Source of the DNA: Ilumatobacteraceae bacterium | GTDB lineage: Bacteria > Actinomycetota > Acidimicrobiia > Acidimicrobiales > Ilumatobacteraceae | Direction: 5' to 3' | Assembly (NCBI GenBank): GCA_017859785.1 | Contig: JAFMMJ010000001.1 | Coordinates: 9,618 to 73,617 of the forward strand | Length of the DNA stretch: 64,000 bases | Part shown: piece after piece, positions 1 through 9,363 of the stretch | How positions within the stretch are numbered: the stretch's first letter is position 1 | How the letters are laid out: each line of letters begins with the position of its first letter | The notes under the pieces: model-generated | What the model was told of the DNA's origin: nothing | Database searches by the model: none | Seen by the model: only the letters and a program-made list of their open reading frames with translations | Position numbers and translations under genes: made by a program

Positions 1-246
1 AAACACGAGATCATCGACACCGACATGGGCGGCCGCCTCGGTCTGCTCCTCACGGCGAATCGCCGCCATCTTCGGCCTCGGGATCGAATCGTCGAAACCC
101 CCCGCTTGGCCATCGGTCACGAGGCAGTAGGTGACCTGAACCCCACGGTCGGTGAGCGTCGCGATCGTGCCGGCGGCACCGAAGTCGACATCGTCGGGAT
201 GGGCGGTCACCACGAGTAGACGGTCGATCTCGTCGGGGCTCAGCAC
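1..246 (-). CDS. PIG-L/LmbE-family deacetylase (MshB/Mca-like). Only the N-terminal part is present; the gene runs off the window start.
   Basis: Not in the ORF track. Reverse-strand translation from GTG at 246 gives VLSPDEIDRLLVVTAHPDDVDFGAAGTIATLTDRGVQVTYCLVTDGQAG..., which contains the AHPDD signature of the PIG-L family. There is an in-frame TAG 8 codons upstream of the GTG. Confidence 0.75.
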   Translation of the reverse strand, partial: MLSPDEIDRLLVVTAHPDDVDFGAAGTIATLTDRGVQVTYCLVTDGQAGGFDDSIPRPKMAAIRREEQTEAAAHVGVDDLVF

Positions 247-280
247 GCCCGAGACCCTAGGTGACCCCTACCATCGACGC

Positions 281-1543
281 ATGTCTGAGATCGCCTTCGA
301 TCCACCGGCGGGACTGCCCGATATCTCGACGATGGACTTCTGGACCGCGCCCCGCGAGGAGCGCGAAGCCGCCTTCGCCGAACTGCGCGCCGCGCCGGGC
401 CTTCCGAAATATCCGGAGCGCTTCTTGGAGGGCTCGCCGTTCCCACCCGGACCCGGCTACCACGCCGTCACCCGCTACGACGACGTCTGGCAGGCGAGCC
501 GCAACCCGGAGCTCTTCTGCTCGGGGCAGGGGTCGAACATTGTCGATCTTCCCCAAGAGCTCAACGAGTTCTACGGATCGATGATCAACATGGACGACCC
601 CAAGCACTTCCGCTTGCGATCCATCGTCTCGAAGGGGTTCACCCCCCGCCACGTCACCGACCTCGAGGAGTCAGTGCGAGCCAAGGCCGCGGAGATCCTC
701 GATCGGATGCTGGCGCGCAACCCGTCGGGAACGGCCGACTTCGTCCACGAGTTCGCCGGCCCACTCCCCCTCGAGATCATCTGCTCGATGATGGGCATCC
801 CGCCCGAGGACTACGAGCGGATCTTCGACTGGACCAACACCATCCTCGGGGCGAGCGACCCCGAGTTCGGTGGCACCTACGAGCGCCTCATGGAGGTCTC
901 CCTCGAGATCTTCGCCTACGCCCAAGCTCTCGGTGAAGATCGCCGAGCGCACCCGACGAACGACATCACCTCAGCGCTCATGGCCGCCGAAGTCGACGGC
1001 GACCAGCTCACCCCACAGGAATTCGGCTCGTTCTTCATCCTCTTGGTGGTCGCCGGCAACGAGACCACACGCAACGCGATCAGCCACGGTCTGCGCGCCC
1101 TCACCGATCACCCCGACCAGCGCGACCTCTGGTTTGGCGACTTCGACACCCACACGCGAACCGCGGTCGATGAGATCGTCCGCTGGGCGACCCCGGTGAT
1201 CCACTTCCGCCGCACGGTCACCGCCGACACCGAACTCGGAGGGCAGTCCCTTGCCGAGGGAGACAAAGTCGTGCTGTTCTACGCCTCAGCGAACCGCGAC
1301 CCGGCCGCCTTCGAGCACGCCGACCGATTCGACATCGCCCGTCCGCTCCAACCCGTTCAAGTTGGATTCGGCGCGGGCGGGCCGCACTTCTGCCTCGGCG
1401 CGAACCTCGCCCGTCGTGAGATCGCCATCGCTTTCGACGAGATCCGCCGACGTCTTCCCACTCTGCGCACCGTCGGCGAGCCCGACTATCTGAAGAGCAA
1501 CTTCATCAACGGCATCAAGCGAATTCCCTGCGCCTGGGATTGA
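281..1543 (+). CDS. cytochrome P450 monooxygenase
   Basis: ORF 152..1543 trimmed to ATG 281 (MSEIAFDPP...). Motifs seen: I-helix VVAGNETTRN, ExxR (VDEIVRW) and the heme-thiolate loop FGAGGPHFCLGANLAR. Confidence 0.9.
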   Translation: MSEIAFDPPAGLPDISTMDFWTAPREEREAAFAELRAAPGLPKYPERFLEGSPFPPGPGYHAVTRYDDVWQASRNPELFCSGQGSNIVDLPQELNEFYGSMINMDDPKHFRLRSIVSKGFTPRHVTDLEESVRAKAAEILDRMLARNPSGTADFVHEFAGPLPLEIICSMMGIPPEDYERIFDWTNTILGASDPEFGGTYERLMEVSLEIFAYAQALGEDRRAHPTNDITSALMAAEVDGDQLTPQEFGSFFILLVVAGNETTRNAISHGLRALTDHPDQRDLWFGDFDTHTRTAVDEIVRWATPVIHFRRTVTADTELGGQSLAEGDKVVLFYASANRDPAAFEHADRFDIARPLQPVQVGFGAGGPHFCLGANLARREIAIAFDEIRRRLPTLRTVGEPDYLKSNFINGIKRIPCAWD

Positions 1544-1550
1544 CCACGGC

Positions 1551-2027
1551 GTGACCGTCTCAGACCGCATCCGCTGGATCGCCACCGCCACCTACGTCGG
1601 GTGGCTGACGCTGACCGCCTACGTCGCCCTCATCGTCATCGAGTTGCGTCGGGCGGCCGCGATCTCCGAGAGCCGCTTCGAGGACGGCGTCTGGGGTCAG
1701 CGCATCGAGATCGTCTCCTTCGTCGCGCTGCCTCAGAACGCGGTGATCCTCGTGCCACCGGCGATCGCCGCGGCAGTCGCCGGCGCGCTGATCGCCGCTC
1801 TGCACCCCGATGATCGGCCCGACCTCATCTGGTCGCGACGCCTCGCTCGGGTGACCGGCGGACTCGCGATCGTCGTGATCGCGCTCGCTGCGATCGGCAT
1901 CATCGGCATCCCGTTCCGCTACGCGGATCCGCTCGCTGACCTCGCCGCGATCGTGGGACGTTTGGCCGGGGTGGCGATCTCGCTCGCCGTGATCCGACTC
2001 TGCCGAGAGAGCGTCGACTCGGGCTGA
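1551..2027 (+). CDS. hypothetical integral membrane protein
   Basis: 158-aa ORF with a GTG start just after the P450 stop. It has several long hydrophobic segments. No family recognised. Confidence 0.5.
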   Translation: MTVSDRIRWIATATYVGWLTLTAYVALIVIELRRAAAISESRFEDGVWGQRIEIVSFVALPQNAVILVPPAIAAAVAGALIAALHPDDRPDLIWSRRLARVTGGLAIVVIALAAIGIIGIPFRYADPLADLAAIVGRLAGVAISLAVIRLCRESVDSG

Positions 2028-2034
2028 GCGACGC

Positions 2035-2637
2035 CTAGAAGCCGAGGTCGCCGGAGAGGAAATGGCGGCGGCAGAGGAGCTCGTAGCGGACAAGGTCGCC
2101 GAACATCTTCTGCTCGCCCGGACCAGCGGTGTCACCGACCACGACGGTCTCACCTTCGTAGACGACAAAGTCGTTGACGACGCGAGCGTTGTGGGTGGCG
2201 CGCGATCCGCACCAACACCGCGCCTCCACCTGCAGCGGCACGCGCTCATCAGCGATTTCGAGCATGCGCCGCGTGCCGTCGAAGAGCAGACCCCGGAAGT
2301 CGGTGATGAGACCGAAGGCGTAGACGTCGACCTCCATGTCGTCGACCACTCGGGCGAGCTGGTCGCACTGGGCCGGGGTGTAGAACTGCACTTCGTCGCA
2401 CACCAGGTAGTGGAGCGGCCAGTGCTCGACGGCGAGAGCGTGGAGGTCGAGTTCGGCATCGACATGAATGGCAGGTGCCCGCACACCGAGGCGGCTCGTT
2501 ACCTGGTTGCCCTCTCGGTCGAGGCAGGTGAGCAGCAGGCCGTAGAGATCGCGAGACGACAGGTTGTGATGGATCTGCAGGGCAAGCGTGCTCTTGCCCG
2601 AACCCATGGTGCCGAAACTGAAGCGAAGGTTCGCCAT
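2035..2637 (-). CDS. tdk: thymidine kinase
   Basis: P-loop GTMGSGKST and C-terminal zinc-ribbon cysteines (CWCG ... LCRRH). The 200-aa length is typical of type II Tdk. Confidence 0.9.
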   Translation of the reverse strand: MANLRFSFGTMGSGKSTLALQIHHNLSSRDLYGLLLTCLDREGNQVTSRLGVRAPAIHVDAELDLHALAVEHWPLHYLVCDEVQFYTPAQCDQLARVVDDMEVDVYAFGLITDFRGLLFDGTRRMLEIADERVPLQVEARCWCGSRATHNARVVNDFVVYEGETVVVGDTAGPGEQKMFGDLVRYELLCRRHFLSGDLGF

Positions 2638-2762
2638 CGAACCGTGACCCTACTGGCCGGGTGTGGCATGCTGGCCAAGGAGCCGAAACGGGACTCCTCC
2701 CGGGGGCGGCGACCGCACAAAACCAAGCGAATTATCGGGCGGGGGCCCGTCGGGGGGAAGAG

Positions 2763-4631
2763 ATGAGCGACACGATCGATCGCGCCGAGGTCGGGGTACT
2801 CGACCGTCTCGTGGTGAGGTTCGCAGGCGACTCCGGAGACGGTATGCAGCTCACCGGCGACCGCTTCACCTCCGTCAGCGCATCATTCGGAAACGACCTC
2901 TCGACTTTCCCCGACTTCCCGGCCGAGATCCGCGCCCCAGCCGGCACCGTCAACGGCGTCTCAAGTTTCCAGGTGCAGATCGCCAACCACGACATCACCA
3001 CCCCCGGCGATGAGCCGAACGTGCTGGTCGCGATGAACGCTGCCGCGCTGAAAGCCGACCTGCACCGTCTCGAACCGGGTGGCACCCTCATCGTCAACAC
3101 CGACTCGTTCGGTGAGCGCGACCTCGACAAGGCCGAGTACACCTCGAACCCGCTCGAGGACGGCACGGTCAGCGGCTACCGCGTCATCCCGGTCGCCATG
3201 ACCACGATCACCAAAGAGGCCTGCGAGCCCCTCGGCGTGAAGGCCCGCGACGCGGAGCGGTCGAAGAACTTCTTCGCCCTCGGCCTCGTGTCGTTCATGT
3301 ACACCCGCCCGACCGAGCCGACCCTCGAGTGGATCCAAGAGCGGTTCGGTAAGAACGAACTGGTCGCCGCCGCCAATACCGCGGCGTTCAAGGCCGGCTT
3401 CCATTACGGCGAGACCACCGAGGCCGTCGGGCACCGCTTCGAGGTGCGCCCCGCCACCCTTCCGGCCGGCGAGTACACCTCCATCACCGGCAACACCGCG
3501 CTGTCGTGGGGACTGGTCGCGGCTGGACAGCTCGCAAAACTGCCGGTCACCCTCGGCTCGTACCCGATCACCCCGGCGAGCGACATCCTCCACGAACTTT
3601 CCAAGCACAAGAACTTCGGAGTGCGCACCGTGCAAGCCGAGGACGAGATCGCAGCCGTCGGCGTGGCCCTCGGAGCCGCCTTCGCCGGCCATCTCGGTGT
3701 CACCACCACATCCGGGCCCGGTGTCGCACTGAAGAGCGAGACCATCTCGCTCGCCGTGTCGATCGAGATCCCCCTGTTGATCATCGACATCCAGCGCGGA
3801 GGCCCCTCCACCGGCCTCCCCACCAAGACCGAAGCCTCCGACCTCAACCTCGCCGTCTACGGCCGACACGGCGAAGCACCCCTCCCCGTCGTGGCGAGCT
3901 ACAGCCCCGCCGACTGCTTCCACGCCGCCATCGAAGCCGTGCGGATCGCACTCAAGTACCGCACACCGGTGATCCTGCTCTCCGACGGCTACATCGCCAA
4001 CGGCTCCGAACCCTGGCTCGTGCCCGACGCCTCAACCCTTCCGGACATCTCGGTGCCCTTCCAGACCGAGTTCAACGGCACCGACGCCGAGGGGAACCCC
4101 GTGTACCTCCCCTACCGACGCGACGAGACAACTCTCGCGCGACCGTGGGCGATCCCGGGCACCCCTGGGCTCATGCACCGCGTCGGTGGACTGGAGAAGC
4201 AGAACGAGACCGGCAACGTCAACTACACCCCCGAGAACCACGCCCTCATGGGCGACCTGCGCGCCGAGCGCATCGCCCGTATCGCCGACGACTATCCGGC
4301 CACCGAGATCCACGGTGACGTCGACGCCGAGGTGTGCATCGTCGGCTGGGGGTCGACCTGGGCGGCGATCGACTCGGCGGTGCAGCGCGAGCGCCGCAAC
4401 GGAGGTCGTGTCGCATGGGTGCATCTCCGACACCTCAACCCGCTCCCGAACGACCTCGGTGACATCTTGAAGCGCTATCGGCGCGTCATCGTTCCCGAGC
4501 TCAACCGGGGTCAGCTGTGCCGAATACTCCGCGCCGAATACCTGATCGCTGCCCAACCGGTCACGAAGGTGGCCGGCCTCCCGTTTACCGCCCGCGAGAT
4601 CGTGGACGCCCTCCACGCCGACGACAACTGA
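2763..4631 (+). CDS. korA: 2-oxoglutarate/2-oxoacid:ferredoxin oxidoreductase, alpha subunit
   Basis: ORF 2661..4631 trimmed to ATG 2763, which is preceded by the purine-rich GGGGGGAAGAG. KorA-type blocks are present (FAGDSGDGMQLTG, GSYPITPASDILHEL), and it is followed directly by korB. Confidence 0.9.
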   Translation: MSDTIDRAEVGVLDRLVVRFAGDSGDGMQLTGDRFTSVSASFGNDLSTFPDFPAEIRAPAGTVNGVSSFQVQIANHDITTPGDEPNVLVAMNAAALKADLHRLEPGGTLIVNTDSFGERDLDKAEYTSNPLEDGTVSGYRVIPVAMTTITKEACEPLGVKARDAERSKNFFALGLVSFMYTRPTEPTLEWIQERFGKNELVAAANTAAFKAGFHYGETTEAVGHRFEVRPATLPAGEYTSITGNTALSWGLVAAGQLAKLPVTLGSYPITPASDILHELSKHKNFGVRTVQAEDEIAAVGVALGAAFAGHLGVTTTSGPGVALKSETISLAVSIEIPLLIIDIQRGGPSTGLPTKTEASDLNLAVYGRHGEAPLPVVASYSPADCFHAAIEAVRIALKYRTPVILLSDGYIANGSEPWLVPDASTLPDISVPFQTEFNGTDAEGNPVYLPYRRDETTLARPWAIPGTPGLMHRVGGLEKQNETGNVNYTPENHALMGDLRAERIARIADDYPATEIHGDVDAEVCIVGWGSTWAAIDSAVQRERRNGGRVAWVHLRHLNPLPNDLGDILKRYRRVIVPELNRGQLCRILRAEYLIAAQPVTKVAGLPFTAREIVDALHADDN

Positions 4632-4641
4632 GGAACCGAAG

Positions 4642-5664
4642 ATGAGCGACAGCACCGTCACCCTCACCACCAAGAAGGACTGGGCCAGCGACCAAGAGGT
4701 GCGCTGGTGCCCCGGCTGCGGCGACTACGGGATCCTCCAGGCCGTTCAGCAACTCATGCCAGAACTCGGCGTCGCGCCCGAAAACACCGTGTTCGTCTCG
4801 GGCATCGGATGCTCCAGCCGCTTTCCCTATTACATGAACACCTACGGGATGCACTCGATCCACGGTCGTGCCCCCGCCATCGCCACCGGCGTCGCCGTTG
4901 CTCGACCCGACCTCGATGTGTGGGTGATCACCGGTGACGGCGACGGCCTCTCAATCGGCGGCAACCATCTCATTCACGCGCTGCGCCGCAACGTCAACCT
5001 CACGATCCTGCTCTTCAATAATCGGATCTACGGACTCACCAAGGGTCAGTACTCCCCCACCTCAGCCGTCGGCAAGGTCACCAAGTCGACGCCCTTCGGT
5101 TCGATCGACCCGCCGTTCAACCCACTGAGCGTCGCCCTCGGTGCCGAGGCCTCCTTCGTGGCCCGCACCCACGATCTCGACCGTCAGCACATGATGGAGA
5201 CGTTCCGCCAGGCCCATGATCATCGCGGGGCCGCCTTCGTGGAGATCTACCAGAACTGCAATGTGTTCAACGACGGCCAGTTCAACGACATCACCAAGCG
5301 ATCGGTGCGTGACGAAATGATGATCGACCTCGTCCACGGCGAGCCCATCCTCTTCGGCGCCGAACGCCAGCGCGGCGTCATGATGGGTGACGACGGCGGA
5401 CTGCGCCTCGTCGAGGTGGCCGACGTCGGCCTCGACCGGATCCTCGTCCACGACAAGCACCGCGACGCCCCATCGCTCGCTTTCGCTTTGGCCCGCCTCA
5501 ACCAGGACGACTCCTCCCCCACCCCCTTCGGCGTGTTCCGCCAAGTGGAGCGGGCCGAGTACGCCGGGGAGGTCACCCGACAGGTCGCTGCCGCCAGCGA
5601 GCGCAAGGGCGCCCCCGACCTCGACGCCCTGCTCCGCTCGAACGGCACCTGGTCGGTCGCCTGA
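4642..5664 (+). CDS. korB: 2-oxoglutarate/2-oxoacid:ferredoxin oxidoreductase, beta subunit
   Basis: Beta-subunit signatures WCPGCGDYGIL and the TPP-binding ITGDGDGLSIGGNH. The start is 10 nt after the korA stop. Confidence 0.9.
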   Translation: MSDSTVTLTTKKDWASDQEVRWCPGCGDYGILQAVQQLMPELGVAPENTVFVSGIGCSSRFPYYMNTYGMHSIHGRAPAIATGVAVARPDLDVWVITGDGDGLSIGGNHLIHALRRNVNLTILLFNNRIYGLTKGQYSPTSAVGKVTKSTPFGSIDPPFNPLSVALGAEASFVARTHDLDRQHMMETFRQAHDHRGAAFVEIYQNCNVFNDGQFNDITKRSVRDEMMIDLVHGEPILFGAERQRGVMMGDDGGLRLVEVADVGLDRILVHDKHRDAPSLAFALARLNQDDSSPTPFGVFRQVERAEYAGEVTRQVAAASERKGAPDLDALLRSNGTWSVA

Positions 5665-5674
5665 GCGCCGTCGA

Positions 5675-5700
5675 CGATGACGCTTAGGCGAGCGTCATCG
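5675..5700. terminator. hairpin between convergent korB and the hemolysin-III gene
   Basis: CGATGACGCT (5675-5684) pairs perfectly with AGCGTCATCG (5691-5700) around a 6-nt loop. It overlaps the last codons of the minus-strand gene. No T-tract, as is common in GC-rich actinobacteria. Confidence 0.45.
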
Positions 5701-6340
5701 AGCCGACCGCGACGAAATGCGCGGCCGCCGCGAACACGGTGAAGGCGTGCCAGATCTCGTGATAGCCGAAGATCTTCGGCCACGGATCCGGCCGCTTCAC
5801 GAGCATCACCGGAAACCCGATCGAATAGCTCAGCCCGCCCGCGACAATGAGCGCGAGCTGCCAAGCGCTCAGGTGGTCGAGGAGCGCAGGAGCGGCCGCC
5901 ACCGCCGCCCAACCGAGCAGCGGATAGAGCGCGTAGCCGAACCATCGAAGTGAGCGAACCTCGGCGATCTTCGCGATGACACCGAAGAGTGCGCCAGCGC
6001 CGATGGCGCTGAGCAACGGGACTCCCCACCCTCTGGGCAGGGCGACAACGCACAGGGGCACGTAGGTGCCCGCAATGAGGAGATAAATCGAGGCGTGGTC
6101 GAGGCGCTGCATGACGAGTCGCATCCGAGGCGACCAGTCGAGGCGGTGGTAAGCGGCCGAAACCCCAAACGAGATGACCAGAGTCGACAAATAAACGGCA
6201 ACCGATGAGACACGAGCCGTGCCCTCGACCGCGACGAGTAGGACGATGCCGGCTGGTAACACGCACAGCAGCGCGCCGAGATGGAACACCCCACGCAACC
6301 GAGGCCGCTCAGCGAGGCGGAGCATTGAGGATGAGGTCAC
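5684..6340 (-). CDS. hemolysin III / PAQR-family membrane protein
   Basis: Seven hydrophobic segments and family motifs (AAYHRLDWS, HEIWHAFTVFAAAAHF). Confidence 0.85.
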   Translation of the reverse strand: MTSSSMLRLAERPRLRGVFHLGALLCVLPAGIVLLVAVEGTARVSSVAVYLSTLVISFGVSAAYHRLDWSPRMRLVMQRLDHASIYLLIAGTYVPLCVVALPRGWGVPLLSAIGAGALFGVIAKIAEVRSLRWFGYALYPLLGWAAVAAAPALLDHLSAWQLALIVAGGLSYSIGFPVMLVKRPDPWPKIFGYHEIWHAFTVFAAAAHFVAVGSMTLA

Positions 6341-6352
6341 CCGAGCAACTCC

Positions 6353-7525
6353 TCAGACCGCCACGGCGCGCATCCCACGAGTGGCACGGTACAACCAGAG
6401 CGACACCGAGGTGGTCGCGACGGTGACTCCGGCCAACACCGCGGTCGTCGAGCCGACCACTCGAGCGATCGATGTCACGACGAGCGGCATCATCATGCCG
6501 GCGTAGGCCGCGGCGTAAAACGCGCCGTTGAGCGCACCCCGATCCTCTGGTCGACAGATGAGATCAACGAACCGCAGACCCGAGGTCATAGCGAGCCCCG
6601 AGGCCCCACCCATGAGCACCGCGGCCACGAAGAGCAACGGCCAGGCCCCGCTTGCGAACGCGATGAGACCGAGCAGACATCCGGTCGCGCCAACGGCGAG
6701 CGCGAGGGGCGCCGCGCGATGCGGGCCGACCCGACCCACCCAGGCCTGTGCCGGAACGATCGACACCATGGCAAGCATGCCGAGCAACCCGGAGACGAAG
6801 ACCGCAACCGACTCCATCGCCGGCTTCAAGATCACCGGGAAGAGGCCGAAGGCGAGCGACGGCATACCGAACACACCGAACGCCGTCGGCACGACGACAC
6901 GCCAGAACTCCGGGGCCGACTCGACGGGGATACCGAGGTTCGGACGGATGCGCCGACCCGGCGTACGCGTGACCGACTCGGGCGCCGCGATGAGCACCAA
7001 CAGGCCAGCAGCGATCGTCACCAGATGAATCACATACGGCAAGGTCAGCGGAGCCGGCCCCCACTGGCCGATCAGACCCGAGATCAGCGGACCAAGACCG
7101 AAACCGCTGTACATGACGACACCCACCAACCGGGCCGACCACATCGGGTCGTCTCGGCCAAGTTCTTGGATCCACGCGCTCGCCACCACGAGCACCAACC
7201 CCGACACCACCCCGAGCAGGAATCGTCCGAGGTAGAGCAGGGCGAGCGAGTCACGCCCAAACAGCAACACGACCGATGCAACACCCGAGAGCGCCACACC
7301 CGGGGCCATCACCGCACGACGCCCGAGCACATCGGAGGCGGGGCCCGAGAACACCAGAGCCGGAGCCAACCCGATCGGGTAGACCGCGAAGAGCGCCGTG
7401 AGCGTCCAAGCGCTCAATCCGAGCCGACCCTCGTAGATCAACAGCAACGGCGTCGCGACATTCGTACCAAGCGCTACGGCGAACAACGCAATGGCGACCG
7501 ACGCGCGTCCCGAGAGTCGTCCCAC
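6353..7525 (-). CDS. MFS transporter
   Basis: 390 aa with about 12 hydrophobic helices and the MFS loop motif GPASDVLGRR. Confidence 0.8.
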   Translation of the reverse strand: MGRLSGRASVAIALFAVALGTNVATPLLLIYEGRLGLSAWTLTALFAVYPIGLAPALVFSGPASDVLGRRAVMAPGVALSGVASVVLLFGRDSLALLYLGRFLLGVVSGLVLVVASAWIQELGRDDPMWSARLVGVVMYSGFGLGPLISGLIGQWGPAPLTLPYVIHLVTIAAGLLVLIAAPESVTRTPGRRIRPNLGIPVESAPEFWRVVVPTAFGVFGMPSLAFGLFPVILKPAMESVAVFVSGLLGMLAMVSIVPAQAWVGRVGPHRAAPLALAVGATGCLLGLIAFASGAWPLLFVAAVLMGGASGLAMTSGLRFVDLICRPEDRGALNGAFYAAAYAGMMMPLVVTSIARVVGSTTAVLAGVTVATTSVSLWLYRATRGMRAVAV

Positions 7526-7570
7526 GCGGGCACCGTACGCCCGCAGAGCACGCCGCGACGTGATCGGAGA

Positions 7571-9226
7571 TCAGCCGGCGACGCCGACCGCGCGCCGCTC
7601 GTCGAGGTATTGACGCAGGCGCTGCTCAGCCTCGTCGCCGAAGAGAATCTCAGCGACCTCGCGGAGCCCGGGATTGTCGAGGATGTCGGCGTCGTGCACC
7701 ACGAGATCGATCTTCGACCGGCGACGCATGAAGTCGTCGAGGCGCACGATCATCTCATGCTCAGCGGCGTTGTGTAGCTCGACCCGCAGGTAGTCGGCCG
7801 AGTCCATGACATCGGTCGCCATCGACGCGTCGTCGCGGATCGCCTCAAGCATCTCGAAGGCGCGGCGCCCGTAGCGGCGCCACAGACGATCCGACAACGG
7901 CTCGGTGTCGGGCTTGGACCGCAGGGAGTCGAGCTTCATCAACTTGGCCTGCCGGTAGAACTCGTCGCGGGTGGCCTTGGCCGGCTCGCCATACCAGTTG
8001 TGCAGATCCTTCTCGAGGGGCACACCGAGTTGCTCCACTTCAGCAGCGACCTCAGCGCCGACGTTGAGGCAGTCGGTGAGCTTGCCTCCGAACACCGTCA
8101 CCACCTGCCGCTCGTCATCGCGCTCGATCTCATGCTTGCGGCTGAGCGAGGTCCACTCGACCTTGCGCCATTCCTCGTCCTCGCCACCCTTCGGTCGCGA
8201 GACAACAAGGGGACGGACGCCGGAACGCTCCGCGATCACGTCAGCAGCGGTGAGCGGACGCTCGAGATCCATGCGCGCGTTGATCTGCTCGATGAGAAAG
8301 TCACGGTCTTCGTCGGTGACGCCGGTGTGCGGATCGTCGACGCGGGTGTCGGTGGTGCCGATCACCGAACGACGACCCATCGGGATCACGTAGAAGAGTC
8401 GCTGGGTGTCGTCGAAGAAGGCGAGGACCCGGTCGTTGCGGCCGCGCGTGAGACGGGGCACCACGAGGTGGATCCCCTTGGAGAACACGATGCGATGGTC
8501 GGTCTCGGTGCCCCACGATCCGTTGAGCTCGTCGACGAATGGCCCAGCGGCGTTCACGATGACCCGGGCCGAGGTGGTGAACTCCTCGCCGGTCTCGACG
8601 TCGCGCAACACCGCCGACCAACGATCAGTAAGCCGCTCAGCGGAGACCAGTTCGACGTAGTTGGCCGCCGCCGCTCCCGCCTCGAAGGCCGAGCGAACGA
8701 ACGAGAAGACGAACCTCGAGTCGTTATCGATGAGGTAGGCGTCTTGGTACTCGATGCCTCCTCGGGCCGTCGAGACGTTGATCGCGGGCTCTTCCGCGCT
8801 CAGAGATTCGGCCGAGAACACCTTCGGTGGTCGCGTGCCGAACTGGCCGATCATCCAATAGGCGAGCGCGCCGAGGCCAGCGAACCACGGACGGTACGGC
8901 GCGGAGCGGTCGAGTGTGGCGAGGAAGCCGATCTCGCGGATGTTGTCCGGATAGGCCTTCATGAGCCGGTTGCGGCTCCGACAGAGGTTGAACACGAGCG
9001 GCAGTTCGTAGTTCTCGAGGTACTTGAAGCCGCCCCACACCAGGTTTGACGACTCCTGAGAAGTGAACGAACCGAAATCGCTCCGGTCGATCAGCGCGAC
9101 CGAGGCGCCGCGACCGGCGAGCGAGGCCGCCGAGACCGCTCCGTTGATGCCCCCACCGACAACGAGCACATCGAACAGCCCGTCGCGGAGTCGCGAGATG
9201 TTGGACGCTCGATCAGCCACGTCCAC
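7571..9226 (-). CDS. glpD: FAD-dependent glycerol-3-phosphate dehydrogenase
   Basis: FAD fold DVLVVGGGINGAVSAASLAGRG with GlpD-family blocks throughout. Start set to GTG 9226, because the 40 further upstream codons of ORF 7571..9346 cover the IdeR-like operator of the divergent gene. The exact start is uncertain. Confidence 0.85.
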   Translation of the reverse strand: MDVADRASNISRLRDGLFDVLVVGGGINGAVSAASLAGRGASVALIDRSDFGSFTSQESSNLVWGGFKYLENYELPLVFNLCRSRNRLMKAYPDNIREIGFLATLDRSAPYRPWFAGLGALAYWMIGQFGTRPPKVFSAESLSAEEPAINVSTARGGIEYQDAYLIDNDSRFVFSFVRSAFEAGAAAANYVELVSAERLTDRWSAVLRDVETGEEFTTSARVIVNAAGPFVDELNGSWGTETDHRIVFSKGIHLVVPRLTRGRNDRVLAFFDDTQRLFYVIPMGRRSVIGTTDTRVDDPHTGVTDEDRDFLIEQINARMDLERPLTAADVIAERSGVRPLVVSRPKGGEDEEWRKVEWTSLSRKHEIERDDERQVVTVFGGKLTDCLNVGAEVAAEVEQLGVPLEKDLHNWYGEPAKATRDEFYRQAKLMKLDSLRSKPDTEPLSDRLWRRYGRRAFEMLEAIRDDASMATDVMDSADYLRVELHNAAEHEMIVRLDDFMRRRSKIDLVVHDADILDNPGLREVAEILFGDEAEQRLRQYLDERRAVGVAG

Positions 9227-9321
9227 AGGTTTCCATCTCGTGGCGCGTGTTCCAACCCCTGCTCGAAGGCGATAACGATCTGAGCCGGAACACGCCTCTT
9301 GCCTTCCATCGAGAACGCTTC

Positions 9322-9340
9322 TATTGTTAGGCACACCTAA
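9322..9340. promoter_or_regulatory. IdeR/DtxR-type iron box upstream of the Fe(III) ABC transporter
   Basis: TATTGTTAGGCACACCTAA matches 14 of 19 positions of the actinobacterial consensus TTAGGTTAGGCTAACCTAA. Its core GTTAGGCACACCTAAC is a dyad. It lies 24 nt upstream of the substrate-binding-protein start. Confidence 0.6.
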
Positions 9341-9363
9341 CACCACACGGAAATGAGTCCTTC

